A stretch of 30,540 nucleotides of DNA from contig JASLZZ010000004.1 in NCBI GenBank assembly GCA_030754595.1, positions 1-30,540 on the forward strand, in the 5' to 3' direction. The notes beneath the pieces are model-generated. The model searched no databases, was not told the DNA's origin, and saw only the letters and a program-made list of their open reading frames with translations. A program made the position numbers and the translations under genes. This document shows, in pieces, positions 17,504 to 26,915 of this stretch; position 1 is the first letter of the stretch, and every line of letters begins with the position of its first letter. Source of the stretch: Nitrospinota bacterium. Its GTDB lineage: Bacteria; UBA8248.

Positions 17504-18277
17504 CTAAGGATTTCGCTCCGCGACCAATCGAAGCCCGATGAGAGTGAGGTCCGGGTTGATGTGGTCGAAAATTTCCTCGTCGCCGGAAAAAAGAAGGCTT
17601 TGTCCTCCAGTGGCCACCACCTGGGTGATATCTCCGAGTTCGAGTTTCATTCGCCCTACAATCCCTTTAATCAATCCTTTGTAACCGAAAAACATGCCCG
17701 CCTGAATGCTGTTGACCGTATTTTTTCCGATGACCGAGGACGGGGCCGAGGGCTCGATGCGCGGAAGCCTCGCCGCACGCTCCACCAGCGCCTCCAGCGC
17801 GACTCCGAATCCCGGAGAAATCGCGCCCCCAAGATACTCTCCCGCGGCGGAAATCGCATCAAACGTGATGGCGGTGCCGAAGTCCGCAATGATGAGAGGA
17901 CCGCCGTAAAAGTGGAAGCCCGCCACGGCGTTGACGATCCGGTCGGCGCCCACCTCGTGGGGGTTGTCGTATTTGATGACGATCCCGGTCCGGGTGCCGG
18001 GTCCGACGAGCAGGGGGGCCACTCCGAAATGGCGGATCGACATTTCCTCGAGCGTCGGGCCGAGGGGGGGGACCACGCTCGAGATCGCCACGCGCCCGAC
18101 GATGGACATCTCGAAGCCTGAAAGGCGAAAGAGCCCCTCGATCAGGATAGCCAACTCGTCCGAGGTCCGCCGGGCGACCGAGCCCAGCCGCCAGCTCGCT
18201 TCTTTCTTCTCGCCCCCGAAAAGGCCGATGACGGTCTCGGTGTTTCCCACGTCGATGGCCAGAAGGTGGGTGCTCAT
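17504..18277 (-). CDS. coaX: Type III pantothenate kinase
   Basis: LAIDVGNT, ISSVVP, EVGADR, DFGTAITFD, GGAISPG and VATGG. Confidence 0.97.
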   Translation of the reverse strand: MSTHLLAIDVGNTETVIGLFGGEKKEASWRLGSVARRTSDELAILIEGLFRLSGFEMSIVGRVAISSVVPPLGPTLEEMSIRHFGVAPLLVGPGTRTGIVIKYDNPHEVGADRIVNAVAGFHFYGGPLIIADFGTAITFDAISAAGEYLGGAISPGFGVALEALVERAARLPRIEPSAPSSVIGKNTVNSIQAGMFFGYKGLIKGIVGRMKLELGDITQVVATGGQSLLFSGDEEIFDHINPDLTLIGLRLVAERNP

Positions 18278-19035
18278 GACTCGATAATCTCCCCCGCGTC
18301 CACGGAAAGCAACTTTCCGCCGCCGGTGTCGAGTAGGAGCCGGCCGGCTGCGTCGATGCCGGCCATCTTCCCCTCGGTGGGCTCGCCCGCCAGCGAGACC
18401 GAAACCCGGCTACCGATCCCGTCCGAGAGCGCCTCCCAGCGCTCCCGGACGGGATCAAAGCCCGAATCGAGAAATGTCCGGTACCACTGCTCAAGGCGCT
18501 CCAGAAGCCCCCCGATCATTTCACCCTCCTCCGGGAAGCGGCAACCTGCTCCCTCGAGCGAGGTGGCCCGCTCCGCGAATTTTTCAGGAAATCCTCCGGG
18601 TGGAGTCCTGAGATTGATTCCGATTCCGGCGACGACGGCCGGCCGTTTTCCGCCCTTGGGCTCGAAATCCAAGAGGATTCCACCCACCTTTTTCCCCTCG
18701 ATTCTGAGGTCGTTGGGCCATTTCAGGCCGACCGCCAGGCCACAGACGCCGGACAACCCCTCGGCCATGGCCACAGCGGCGACGAGGCTGATCGAGGCCA
18801 GATGCTCTCCCGGAACCGCCGGGCGGAGCAGGACCGAAAAATACAATCCGCAGCCGGGAGGGGATGTCCATGACCTGCCGAGACGGCCCCGGCCCATTTC
18901 CTGGCTCTCGGCCCAGATGACAAGACCCTCCGGGGAGCCCTCGCGGGCGCGCTCTAGCGCGAGTTCGCTGGTCGAGCCAACCCGCCCGACTTTTTCGAGA
19001 CGCCAGGCGAGGGCGGGCGCGCGGGTACCGGCCAC
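18274..19035 (-). CDS. birA: Biotin-protein ligase without an N-terminal HTH domain
   Basis: GST, QEMGRGRLGRSW.SP, LKWPND, KKVGGIL and GIGIN. Confidence 0.96.
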   Translation of the reverse strand: MAGTRAPALAWRLEKVGRVGSTSELALERAREGSPEGLVIWAESQEMGRGRLGRSWTSPPGCGLYFSVLLRPAVPGEHLASISLVAAVAMAEGLSGVCGLAVGLKWPNDLRIEGKKVGGILLDFEPKGGKRPAVVAGIGINLRTPPGGFPEKFAERATSLEGAGCRFPEEGEMIGGLLERLEQWYRTFLDSGFDPVRERWEALSDGIGSRVSVSLAGEPTEGKMAGIDAAGRLLLDTGGGKLLSVDAGEIIES

Positions 19036-21657
19036 CTAGCTTTTGAGTTCCATCAGGCGGGAGAGGCTCTCCTGGAGCTTTTGCTCCCGGCCGCGCTCTT
19101 CGTCCAGGGCGCCGCGGTTCTTTTCGACGACTTCCTCGGGCGCCCGTTCGATGAAATTGGGGTTGGAGAGTTTCTTTTCGAGAGCGCCGATGGTCTTGGC
19201 GATGTCGGCGATCTGCTTTTCGAGCCGGCTGATCTCTTCATCCACGTCGATCAAACCTGCGATGGGAACGAAGGACGCCGTGTTTCCAAAAACGGCGGAC
19301 GCGGAAGCTGCGGGCTGTTCGGCGCCTGTGCCGATAACGATGTCGCCGCTGATGTTTCCGAGCCGCAGGAACCATTCCAACTCTTTTTCTATGAGATTTT
19401 TTTCCGTCTTGTCTCCGGGACGGATAGTGGGTGTGATTTCTCTCTTGGGCGAAATATTGAGTTCGCCGCGGATGTTCCTGATGCTGCCCAGTATGCCGGA
19501 CAGATATTCAAAATCTTTTTCCGCCGCCTGATCGTCCCAATCGGGCTCGGGCTCGGGCCAAGGAGCGATCACGATGCTCTCACCCTCGCGGCCGGGGAGC
19601 TTCTGCCAGATCTCCTCGGTAATGAAAGGAACGATGGGATGAAGAAGGCGAAGGGTGCGCTCGAGCACGCGGCCCAGGACGGCCTTGCTCGTCTCTCCGC
19701 CGCTCTCCACCATCAGGGCCGGTTTGATAACCTCGATGTACCAGTCGCAAAGCTCGTGCCAGGTGAACTGGTAGAGGGCGAGGGCGGCGTCGTTGAAGCG
19801 GTACTCCTCGAGGGCGGTGTCCACCCTCCGAGTCACATCGTTCAGGCGGCTGAGTATCCACCGGTCACCCAGGGAGAGCTCTCCGCGCGGAGGGATGTCG
19901 GGCAACGCCTCGCCCATGTTCATCAAGGTGAAGCGGGCCGCGTTCCAGAGTTTGTTGCAAAAGTTCCGGAAACCCGAGATGCGCTCCTCCGAGAGGCGGA
20001 TGTCGCGGCCCTGGGCGGCCATAGCCGTCAGCGTGAGGCGCAGCGAGTCGGTGCCGAACTTCTCGATAATATCCAGGGGGTCGACCACGTTGCCCCGCGT
20101 TTTGCTCATCTTGTGGCCGTGCTCGTCACGCACGAGGGCGTGGATGTAAACGTCGCGGAAGGGAACATCGTCCATGAACTTGAGGCCCGACATGATCATC
20201 CGGGCCACCCAGAAGAAGATGATGTCGAACCCGGTGACGAGAACCGAGGTGGGGTAGAAGTAGTCCAGGTCGCGGTTTTTTTCCGGCCAGCCGAATGTCG
20301 AGAACGGCCACAGCGCCGAACTGAACCAGGTGTCGAGGACATCGGTCTCGCGCCGGAGCTTCGGGTCCTCGGGGTCCTCGCGCGAGACGACGATCTCGCC
20401 CGTCTCATCGTTGTGCCAGGCCGGAATCTGATGGCCCCACCAAATCTGGCGGCTGATGCACCAGTCGCGGATATTCGTCATCCACTCGAAATAGGTGGCT
20501 TCCCACTGCTTGGGGACGATGCGAATCCGCCCGTCCTTGACGGCGCGGATGGCCTCCTCGGCGAGCGGTTTCGTGCGCACGAACCATTGTTTCGAAAGGT
20601 AGGGTTCGATTGCGGTGGCGCAGCGATAGCACTCGCCCACCGAGTGCGAATGGTCCCTGACCCCGCGCATGAGCCCGAGGTTTTCGAGATCGTCGACCAC
20701 CCGCTTCCGGGCCTCGTAGCGGTCCATGCCCTCGTAGTCTCCGCCGTTGGCGTTGATGGAGCCGTCCGGGTTGAGGATGTTGATCTGGGGAAGATCGTTC
20801 CTGAGCCCTGCCTCGTAGTCGTTCGGATCGTGGGCGGGGGTGACCTTGACGGCGCCGGAGCCGAATTCGGGATCGACAAACGAGTCGGCGATGACGGGAA
20901 TCCGCCGGTCGAGAAGCGGCAGGCGGAGCATCTGGCCGACGAGGGGCTTGTAGCGCTCATCGTCCGGGTGTACGGCGACGGCAGTGTCGCCCAGCATGGT
21001 TTCGGGCCGGGTGGTGGAGATGGTGAGGCCCTCGCCTCCCTCCCATAGGGGATAGTGGAAATCCCACATATGGCCGCCGCGGTCCTCGTACTCCACCTCG
21101 AGGTCGGAGACCGCGGTTCCGCACCGGGGGCACCAGTTGACCAGATAGTCGCCCTGGTAGATCAACCCCTCCTCGTAGAGGCGGACGAAGGACTCGCGGA
21201 CGGCCCGCGAGAGACCCTCGTCCATGGTGAAGCGTTCACGTTCCCAGTCGCATGACGCGCCCAGCCGCTTGAGTTGGCGGATGATGGTGCCGCCGCTCTC
21301 CTTTTTCCAACTCCAGACGCGCTTGACGAACTCCTCGCGGCCCAGCTTTTCCCGGCTCAGGCCCTCGCCGGAGAGCTGACGCTCAACCACGTTTTGGGTG
21401 GCGATCCCGGCATGATCCATGCCGGGCATCCAGCACACATTGAACCCCTTCATCCTCTTCCAGCGGGCGAGGATATCCTGAAGGGTGTTGTTCAGGGCGT
21501 GGCCCATGTGAAGGGAGCCGGTGACGTTCGGCGGGGGAATGACGATAGCGAAGGGCTCGCGGCTATCGTCCGCTTTCCCGTGGAAGTAGTTTTCCTCCAG
21601 CCAGTAAGCGTACCACCGGTCTTCCGCCGCTTTCGGGTCGTAGCGGGGTTCTAACAA
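19036..21657 (-). CDS. valS: Valine--tRNA ligase
   Basis: PPPNVTGSLHMGH, DHAGIATQ, TTRPETMLGD, DWCISRQIWWGH, KMSKT and a C-terminal coiled coil. Confidence 0.99.
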   Translation of the reverse strand: MLEPRYDPKAAEDRWYAYWLEENYFHGKADDSREPFAIVIPPPNVTGSLHMGHALNNTLQDILARWKRMKGFNVCWMPGMDHAGIATQNVVERQLSGEGLSREKLGREEFVKRVWSWKKESGGTIIRQLKRLGASCDWERERFTMDEGLSRAVRESFVRLYEEGLIYQGDYLVNWCPRCGTAVSDLEVEYEDRGGHMWDFHYPLWEGGEGLTISTTRPETMLGDTAVAVHPDDERYKPLVGQMLRLPLLDRRIPVIADSFVDPEFGSGAVKVTPAHDPNDYEAGLRNDLPQINILNPDGSINANGGDYEGMDRYEARKRVVDDLENLGLMRGVRDHSHSVGECYRCATAIEPYLSKQWFVRTKPLAEEAIRAVKDGRIRIVPKQWEATYFEWMTNIRDWCISRQIWWGHQIPAWHNDETGEIVVSREDPEDPKLRRETDVLDTWFSSALWPFSTFGWPEKNRDLDYFYPTSVLVTGFDIIFFWVARMIMSGLKFMDDVPFRDVYIHALVRDEHGHKMSKTRGNVVDPLDIIEKFGTDSLRLTLTAMAAQGRDIRLSEERISGFRNFCNKLWNAARFTLMNMGEALPDIPPRGELSLGDRWILSRLNDVTRRVDTALEEYRFNDAALALYQFTWHELCDWYIEVIKPALMVESGGETSKAVLGRVLERTLRLLHPIVPFITEEIWQKLPGREGESIVIAPWPEPEPDWDDQAAEKDFEYLSGILGSIRNIRGELNISPKREITPTIRPGDKTEKNLIEKELEWFLRLGNISGDIVIGTGAEQPAASASAVFGNTASFVPIAGLIDVDEEISRLEKQIADIAKTIGALEKKLSNPNFIERAPEEVVEKNRGALDEERGREQKLQESLSRLMELKS

Positions 21658-21660
21658 AAG

Positions 21661-23622
21661 CTATTCTCCGCGTTTGATTTTTTCGATTTCACGGGTGACG
21701 ATTCTTTCGACCATATCGGGAAGCTGTTCGACGACCATGGTCTCGATTCGCCGGAGGAGAGCAGGGACAATCGCCTCGACGGTTCGCTCCAGGCTTTTCT
21801 GAATGCTGGCGGTGGCGAGGCCCTCGCCCTCAGCATCCCCGGAAAGGGATGTTTCCAAAACTGGCGCCGCTTCATCGGCCTCGGCAAGAGGGAAATCCTC
21901 CGGAAGCGGAGAGATAAGCTCTTCCTCGAAAGGGGTGCCCGCGTCCTCTTCCTCCGAAATGGTTTCGAGGGCTGGGGCCGAATCAGTTATCTCTTCGTCA
22001 AATTTCTCTTCTTGGGGGATAGCGAAAATTTTGGGCGATTCGGACGGCGTTTCATGCTCGGATTCCTCCTCGATTTCGAGCTGCTCCCAGAACGCCTCGT
22101 CTAAAAGGTCGTCTTCCGTTTCCAGGGTCTCCCCGGGAAGGGTTTCGGATTCCGGAGCGGGTTCCTCAAGGGCGTTCTCGAAATCGCTGTCGATCTCGGA
22201 GATGAGCCCGCCGGTTTCCCCGGCCGCCTCTGCTTCCCCGGTGTCCTCTTCGAGAGAGGCAGGCTCGTGAAACTCCATTTTATCGAGAAATTGCTCGGTC
22301 TCGATGGCGGAGGTTCCGTAATCGGTTGTCCCTGAGGCGGCCTGGGCTTCCGGAGCGGCGGGGTCATCCACCGTCTCATCCGAAAGCTCTTCCTGAAGTG
22401 AGGCGAGTTCCTCCTCGGCCGCCTGGACCTGATCGTCGGCCAGGTGTTCGAGGCCACCCTCGTCGACATCATTTGGCGCATCGAAGTCGGCTGCCAGCTC
22501 GGATTGCAGGGCGGCGAGTTCGGCTTCCGCCTCCTCCAAACCTGGGGGATCGTCCAAATCGGTCAACAAGGATTCGACCTCGGGTACCCCCGAAGTGCCG
22601 TCCTCTGGAGACGCATCACCCTCGGCCAAGGATTCAAGTTCATCGGCAAGGGCGTTTTCCGCCGCCAGAAGGGTCGCATCGATATCTTCATCCAGGTCGG
22701 CTTCAGGGGCGGTGTCCGAGGTTGAGGGAGCGGCCTCGCCCGCGTCGGACTCGGGGGCTTCAGCTTCAGAGTCGACAGCTTCGGGGACGCCGGTTTCCTC
22801 GTTTTCCTCACCGATGGAGGCAAAATCGTCCGCGAGGGTGTTTTCTATCGCCAATTGGGCGGAGTCGAGTTCCTCCTTGCCCGAAACCTCATCGGCGCTC
22901 TCCTCTTCGCCTTCGTCGAATTCATCCAGGAATTCATCCAGCCCCATATCCGCCAGGAGGCCTCCCTCCTCGTCGGCGGTAGATACGGCTTCCGCCGGCG
23001 CATCGGGGGTGCTTTCCTCGGCGGCGGCTTCTCCGGCCTCAGGTGGCGGAATTTCGAGGGATACATCCTCGCCGAGACTCTCGTCCATGAGATCCTCGTC
23101 CATATCCTCGAAATCGAGCGGAGCATCCCCGGCTCCCGCCCCTTCGTCCAGTTCGGAGGGCACCTCGATTTCGTCGAAAATATTCTCCTCGCCCTCCGCG
23201 AGGGGCTCCTCAGCTGAGGGCTCCGCCGCCGCTGCGGCCTCATCGCCGCCGCTCGGCCCGGCCAACGCCTTTTCGACCTCGGCGAGCAGGCTCTCGGGCT
23301 CGAAAGGTTTGGTGAGCACCCCGATGGCTCCGGCCGCGACGGCCTCGTCGCCGTTGACCTCCTCCTTGGCGCTGGCGAGAAGAAGGACGGGGATAGCGGC
23401 CAAATCTGCGTCCTCCTTGAAGGCGCGGCACAGATCGAACCCGCTGTTTCTCTTGAATGTTGTGCTGGCCAGGATGAAATCGGGCTTGAGACTCCGGGCG
23501 AGGGTCAACGCCTCTTCGGTGTCCTCGGCCGAGTAGACGGATATATCGAGCCCCTCCATCGTCAACTCCACGACGCGATGAATCAGGGGGCTCTCGTCCA
23601 CCAGAAGTAGGTTGCTCGCCAT
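21661..23622 (-). CDS. RomR/PopZ-like protein: atypical receiver domain, long acidic linker, C-terminal helical domain
   Basis: CheY-like N-terminus (LLLVDES...KPF), about 480 aa rich in E/D/A/P, and C-terminus LPDMVERIVTREIEKIK; ends 3 bp upstream of valS. Alternative start TTG at 23631. Confidence 0.8.
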   Translation of the reverse strand: MASNLLLVDESPLIHRVVELTMEGLDISVYSAEDTEEALTLARSLKPDFILASTTFKRNSGFDLCRAFKEDADLAAIPVLLLASAKEEVNGDEAVAAGAIGVLTKPFEPESLLAEVEKALAGPSGGDEAAAAAEPSAEEPLAEGEENIFDEIEVPSELDEGAGAGDAPLDFEDMDEDLMDESLGEDVSLEIPPPEAGEAAAEESTPDAPAEAVSTADEEGGLLADMGLDEFLDEFDEGEEESADEVSGKEELDSAQLAIENTLADDFASIGEENEETGVPEAVDSEAEAPESDAGEAAPSTSDTAPEADLDEDIDATLLAAENALADELESLAEGDASPEDGTSGVPEVESLLTDLDDPPGLEEAEAELAALQSELAADFDAPNDVDEGGLEHLADDQVQAAEEELASLQEELSDETVDDPAAPEAQAASGTTDYGTSAIETEQFLDKMEFHEPASLEEDTGEAEAAGETGGLISEIDSDFENALEEPAPESETLPGETLETEDDLLDEAFWEQLEIEEESEHETPSESPKIFAIPQEEKFDEEITDSAPALETISEEEDAGTPFEEELISPLPEDFPLAEADEAAPVLETSLSGDAEGEGLATASIQKSLERTVEAIVPALLRRIETMVVEQLPDMVERIVTREIEKIKRGE

Positions 23623-23743
23623 TGGTGTCAATCTCCGCCCGGGCGCCGGCCGGATGTGGGGTGTGGATGCGAGGTTCGGGGCGGGGTGCAGGCCGTCAAG
23701 GCATCCGGCTACGCCAAATATAAATGAAACGCAACTGCCGCCA

Positions 23744-23773
23744 ATTTCCGCTAAATCATGCCATTTCCGCTAA
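23744..23773. repeat. 11-bp direct repeat ATTTCCGCTAA x2
   Basis: Exact copies at 23744-23754 and 23763-23773 in the intergenic region between mltG and the RomR/PopZ-like gene. Confidence 0.7.
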
Positions 23774-24856
23774 TTACCGGTCAACCTTCCCTCTTCGAAG
23801 TTGATAGCGGCGAACAGCGCTCTGGTGCTCCCTGTAGGAGCGCGAGAATTTATGCCCCCCCTGCCGGGTGGCGACGAAATAGAGATAGTCCACCGGAGCC
23901 GGGTGAAGGGCCGCCCGGATGGAGGCGAAACCGGGATTGGCTATCGGGCCGGGAGGCAATCCTTTGTAGCGGTAAGTGTTGTAGGGGGAATCGTAGGCCA
24001 GGTCCCGGCGGCGGATGTTTCCATCGAAGCGGGGCAGGGAGTAAATGACGGTGGGGTCGCTCTGAAGGCGCATGTTCCGCCGGAGGCGGTTCACGAACAC
24101 GGCGGCGACCAGTGGGCGCTCGGATTCAACCGAGGTTTCTTTTTCGATGATCGAGGCAAGGGTCAGCGTCTGGTGAAATGTCAGATCCCGCTCGGCCGCC
24201 CGGCGGCGCAGATCGGGGCCGAATTTCCGCCGGAGGGTGTCCACCATCCGGGCGAGAATTTTTCGCGGCTTGGTTTCCAGCGGAAAGCGGTAGGTATCGG
24301 GAAACAGATAGCCCTCAAGCGAGGCCGCCTGAATCTTGAGGGAGGCGAGGAAAGCGGAATCGGCGGCCAGCGCGAGGACCTCCCGCCGGGAGCCGAAGCC
24401 GGCTTTTTCGATGGCCGAGGCGATTTCCCGGAGATTGTACCCTTCGGGAATGGTAAGGGCGCGCTGGGCCACCCGGCCCTCGGTGATGTCCCGGTAAATA
24501 TGCCGGGGAGTCATCGATGGGCTGAGGAGGTATGCGCCCACGTGAATCCGGTCGGCTCCGCCGTGCAGACGGGCCTGGAGCCGGAACAGGTCCGGGCTGC
24601 GGATAAGCCCCCGCTCCCCGAGGGCCCGGGAGATTTTCCCGAGCCCCATTCCAGGTATTACCCTGAAAATAATACTTTTCTTCCCCGGCGGGGCGGCCGG
24701 AAGGTCGAAATCGCGCTCGATATACCAGTACCCCCCTCCCGCGGCGATGGCGAGCGTCAATAATGCGGCGATGAAAAAAGGGCGGCGGAACTTTCCGCCG
24801 AAAAAAGAGGCGGGAGAGATGTCGTCCCTCGGGCCGGCCGGTTCGCCTTCGCTCAA
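23774..24856 (-). CDS. mltG: Endolytic transglycosylase MltG (YceG)
   Basis: N-terminal TM, TIPEG, LEGYLFPDTY, LASIIEKE, LQSDPTV and SPYNTY..GLPPGPIANPG. Confidence 0.97.
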   Translation of the reverse strand: MSEGEPAGPRDDISPASFFGGKFRRPFFIAALLTLAIAAGGGYWYIERDFDLPAAPPGKKSIIFRVIPGMGLGKISRALGERGLIRSPDLFRLQARLHGGADRIHVGAYLLSPSMTPRHIYRDITEGRVAQRALTIPEGYNLREIASAIEKAGFGSRREVLALAADSAFLASLKIQAASLEGYLFPDTYRFPLETKPRKILARMVDTLRRKFGPDLRRRAAERDLTFHQTLTLASIIEKETSVESERPLVAAVFVNRLRRNMRLQSDPTVIYSLPRFDGNIRRRDLAYDSPYNTYRYKGLPPGPIANPGFASIRAALHPAPVDYLYFVATRQGGHKFSRSYREHQSAVRRYQLRRGKVDR

Positions 24857-25287
24857 GGGCGGGGCCTCGCAGCGCTCTTGAGGTCCAGGTAGCCCTGGAG
24901 GATGAGCTGGGCAGCGATGGTGTCGCGGCGCTCCTTGCGGCGGCTTCGCCGCACATCCATCTCGACGAGGGCGCGCTCGGCCTCCGAAGAGCTCAGCCGC
25001 TCATCACAGGCCTCGACCTTGATGTCCAGGAGCTTTCGGAGCCGTGAGATAAACCGGCGGGTTCGTTTCGTCTGGGGCGAATCACCGCCCGAGAGGTTGA
25101 GGGGAAGGCCGACTATTATACGCTCGACCTCGTGGGCCTTGGCGAGTCCCTCGATCTCGGAGGCCACCTGCGCGTCGGTTTCGCGTCTGATCGTCTCGAG
25201 CGGCTGGGCGGTGATGCCCAGCGGGTCGCTCAGGGCAAGCCCGACCATTTTTTCTCCGTAGTCGAGCGCCATGATCCGTGGAATCAT
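24853..25287 (-). CDS. ruvX: YqgF/RuvX family nuclease
   Basis: ALDYGEKMVGLALSDP, IIVGLP, DERLSS and D..AAQLILQGYL; ATG at 25287 overlaps the tolC stop (ATGA). Confidence 0.95.
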   Translation of the reverse strand: MIPRIMALDYGEKMVGLALSDPLGITAQPLETIRRETDAQVASEIEGLAKAHEVERIIVGLPLNLSGGDSPQTKRTRRFISRLRKLLDIKVEACDERLSSSEAERALVEMDVRRSRRKERRDTIAAQLILQGYLDLKSAARPRP

Positions 25288-26915
25288 GGTTTTTCGCCCG
25301 GCACGCCTTTTCGGGGGTCGCCCAGCTTGATTTTGAGTCGCTTGAAGGTGGTATAGGTGGCGCGTCCCAGCTGAGCGACGCTTTTGTTGTAATCGACGAG
25401 GGCCTGGACCTCGTTGGTGAGCGCGTTCGCCACGCTCTCCTGGTCCTCGAGGACATCCCGGCTCGTGGAGAGGCCGACCTTGAATTTCTTCTCCTGGGAA
25501 TCGAGGCGCTCCACGGCCAACCGCCGGGCGAGGCGGGTGGCCTCGATGCGCTTGGTGTCGGTGCGCACCCGCCGCACGCTTCGGCGGACTTCCTCGATGA
25601 TCGATTGCTCGAGCCTGGCGAACGAGGAGTTGGCGCGCTGAAGCTGGAGACGCGCCTTGTCGAACTTTGCCTTTGCGGCGCGGTTTCCGAGGGGAAGCCG
25701 GAAGGAGAGGCCGCCCTCGAAGGTATAGCCCTTGTTCCCGGATTCGCGGTCGATGGATTTTCCGAAAGTTTTCTCCGCCCCCTGATTGGATGCGCTGGCG
25801 GACAGGTCGAGTTCGGGGAGAAGGTTCTGACGGTCGCGATGGAGCTGGATCCGGCTCTTCTCGATTTCGATCTTCGCGTTCTGCAGATCGGCCCGCCTTT
25901 TGAGGGCTTCCATAGTGGAGGTCAATTCCTTGACCCGGACCGGCGAGAATTGAGCCTGGTCGGAAGGGATGATTCGGAGTCCCCATGAGGAAATATTGTC
26001 TGAGACGTTCAGGAGTTTTTTCAGGGCGTCCTCGCGGTCCTTCACCTGGCGCTCGGCGACGATGACTTCCTCCTCCCGGCGGGCGACGGTGGCCTCGGCC
26101 TCGAGAATTTCGATGGGAGCGAGCGTGCCCACATCGACCTGAATCTGGTTGCGGCGGCGAAGATCCTTCGCGAGTTCCAGCGATTTTCGTTGGAACGCGA
26201 TGTTCGAGATGGAGAACACGAGGTCCCAGTAGGCCTGCTCCACGCTGTCGATGACCGAGATCACGCGGTCGCGGTAGATGAGGAGGGACTGGTCCAGCGA
26301 GAAAGTAGCCACCCGGATTTCGGCCTTGTTGACATCTACGCCGAAGTTTTTGAGAAGAGGCTGTGAGATAGAGAAGGTGAGGCTCGAGTCGAAGTCCGGG
26401 TTGATGGTTTTTTGCCGGGAGTTCGAGTCCTCCCGCACCGTTTCGAAGACGAGAGATATTTCGGCGCCGGTGACGAGCTTCTTCTCGATGCCGGCGGAGA
26501 CTGTCTGCTCGCTGGAGGTTTGCTGACCACCGCTCGCGAGAAGGCTGCTCGGGGTGTCGGCCCTCGATTTTTCGGTACTGACCTCGGACGTGAATGCGGA
26601 GTCGAAGACGGATTCCCGCTCAACCACCTCCCTCTCGCGGATGCGGGGGTTGTGGGCCTCGATGGTGATGTCGAAATTTCGCGCGAGGGCCAGCGTGACG
26701 GCCTCGCGGAGGGAAAGTTTCAGGCGCCGGCCCGATATTAAGGGAGCCATGGAGGGCGCGCTGGGCCGCTCGAAAAAGAGCTTCTTGATTGGAGGCTCCG
26801 AGGTTATCGGGGCCTCCGGGACCAGGGGCGCCGGCGCCCCCCAGGCGGCGGCCATCGGGAAAATAAACAAGGCGGCGGCGAATCGTGTGAATGAAACGAA
26901 TCTCGGTTTTTTCAT
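25284..26915 (-). CDS. TolC-family outer membrane protein
   Basis: Signal peptide, LSLREAVTLALARN, SQPLL, VEQAYWDL, LLPELDL and a duplicated helical efflux-protein architecture. Confidence 0.92.
   Translation of the reverse strand: MKKPRFVSFTRFAAALFIFPMAAAWGAPAPLVPEAPITSEPPIKKLFFERPSAPSMAPLISGRRLKLSLREAVTLALARNFDITIEAHNPRIREREVVERESVFDSAFTSEVSTEKSRADTPSSLLASGGQQTSSEQTVSAGIEKKLVTGAEISLVFETVREDSNSRQKTINPDFDSSLTFSISQPLLKNFGVDVNKAEIRVATFSLDQSLLIYRDRVISVIDSVEQAYWDLVFSISNIAFQRKSLELAKDLRRRNQIQVDVGTLAPIEILEAEATVARREEEVIVAERQVKDREDALKKLLNVSDNISSWGLRIIPSDQAQFSPVRVKELTSTMEALKRRADLQNAKIEIEKSRIQLHRDRQNLLPELDLSASASNQGAEKTFGKSIDRESGNKGYTFEGGLSFRLPLGNRAAKAKFDKARLQLQRANSSFARLEQSIIEEVRRSVRRVRTDTKRIEATRLARRLAVERLDSQEKKFKVGLSTSRDVLEDQESVANALTNEVQALVDYNKSVAQLGRATYTTFKRLKIKLGDPRKGVPGEKP

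Noticed and set aside
23649..23712. GTAG-family REP element
   Set aside because: Single copy, long unpaired interior and no RAYT gene nearby.
23729..23765. sigma54 promoter (TGGCATGATTTAGC / TGGCGGCAGTTGC on the - strand)
   Set aside because: GG-to-GC spacing is 9 and 8 nt, not the required 10.
25288..25986. Long N-terminal extension of YqgF in the ORF track
   Set aside because: Off-frame overlap with the tolC-like gene; the real start is ATG at 25287.
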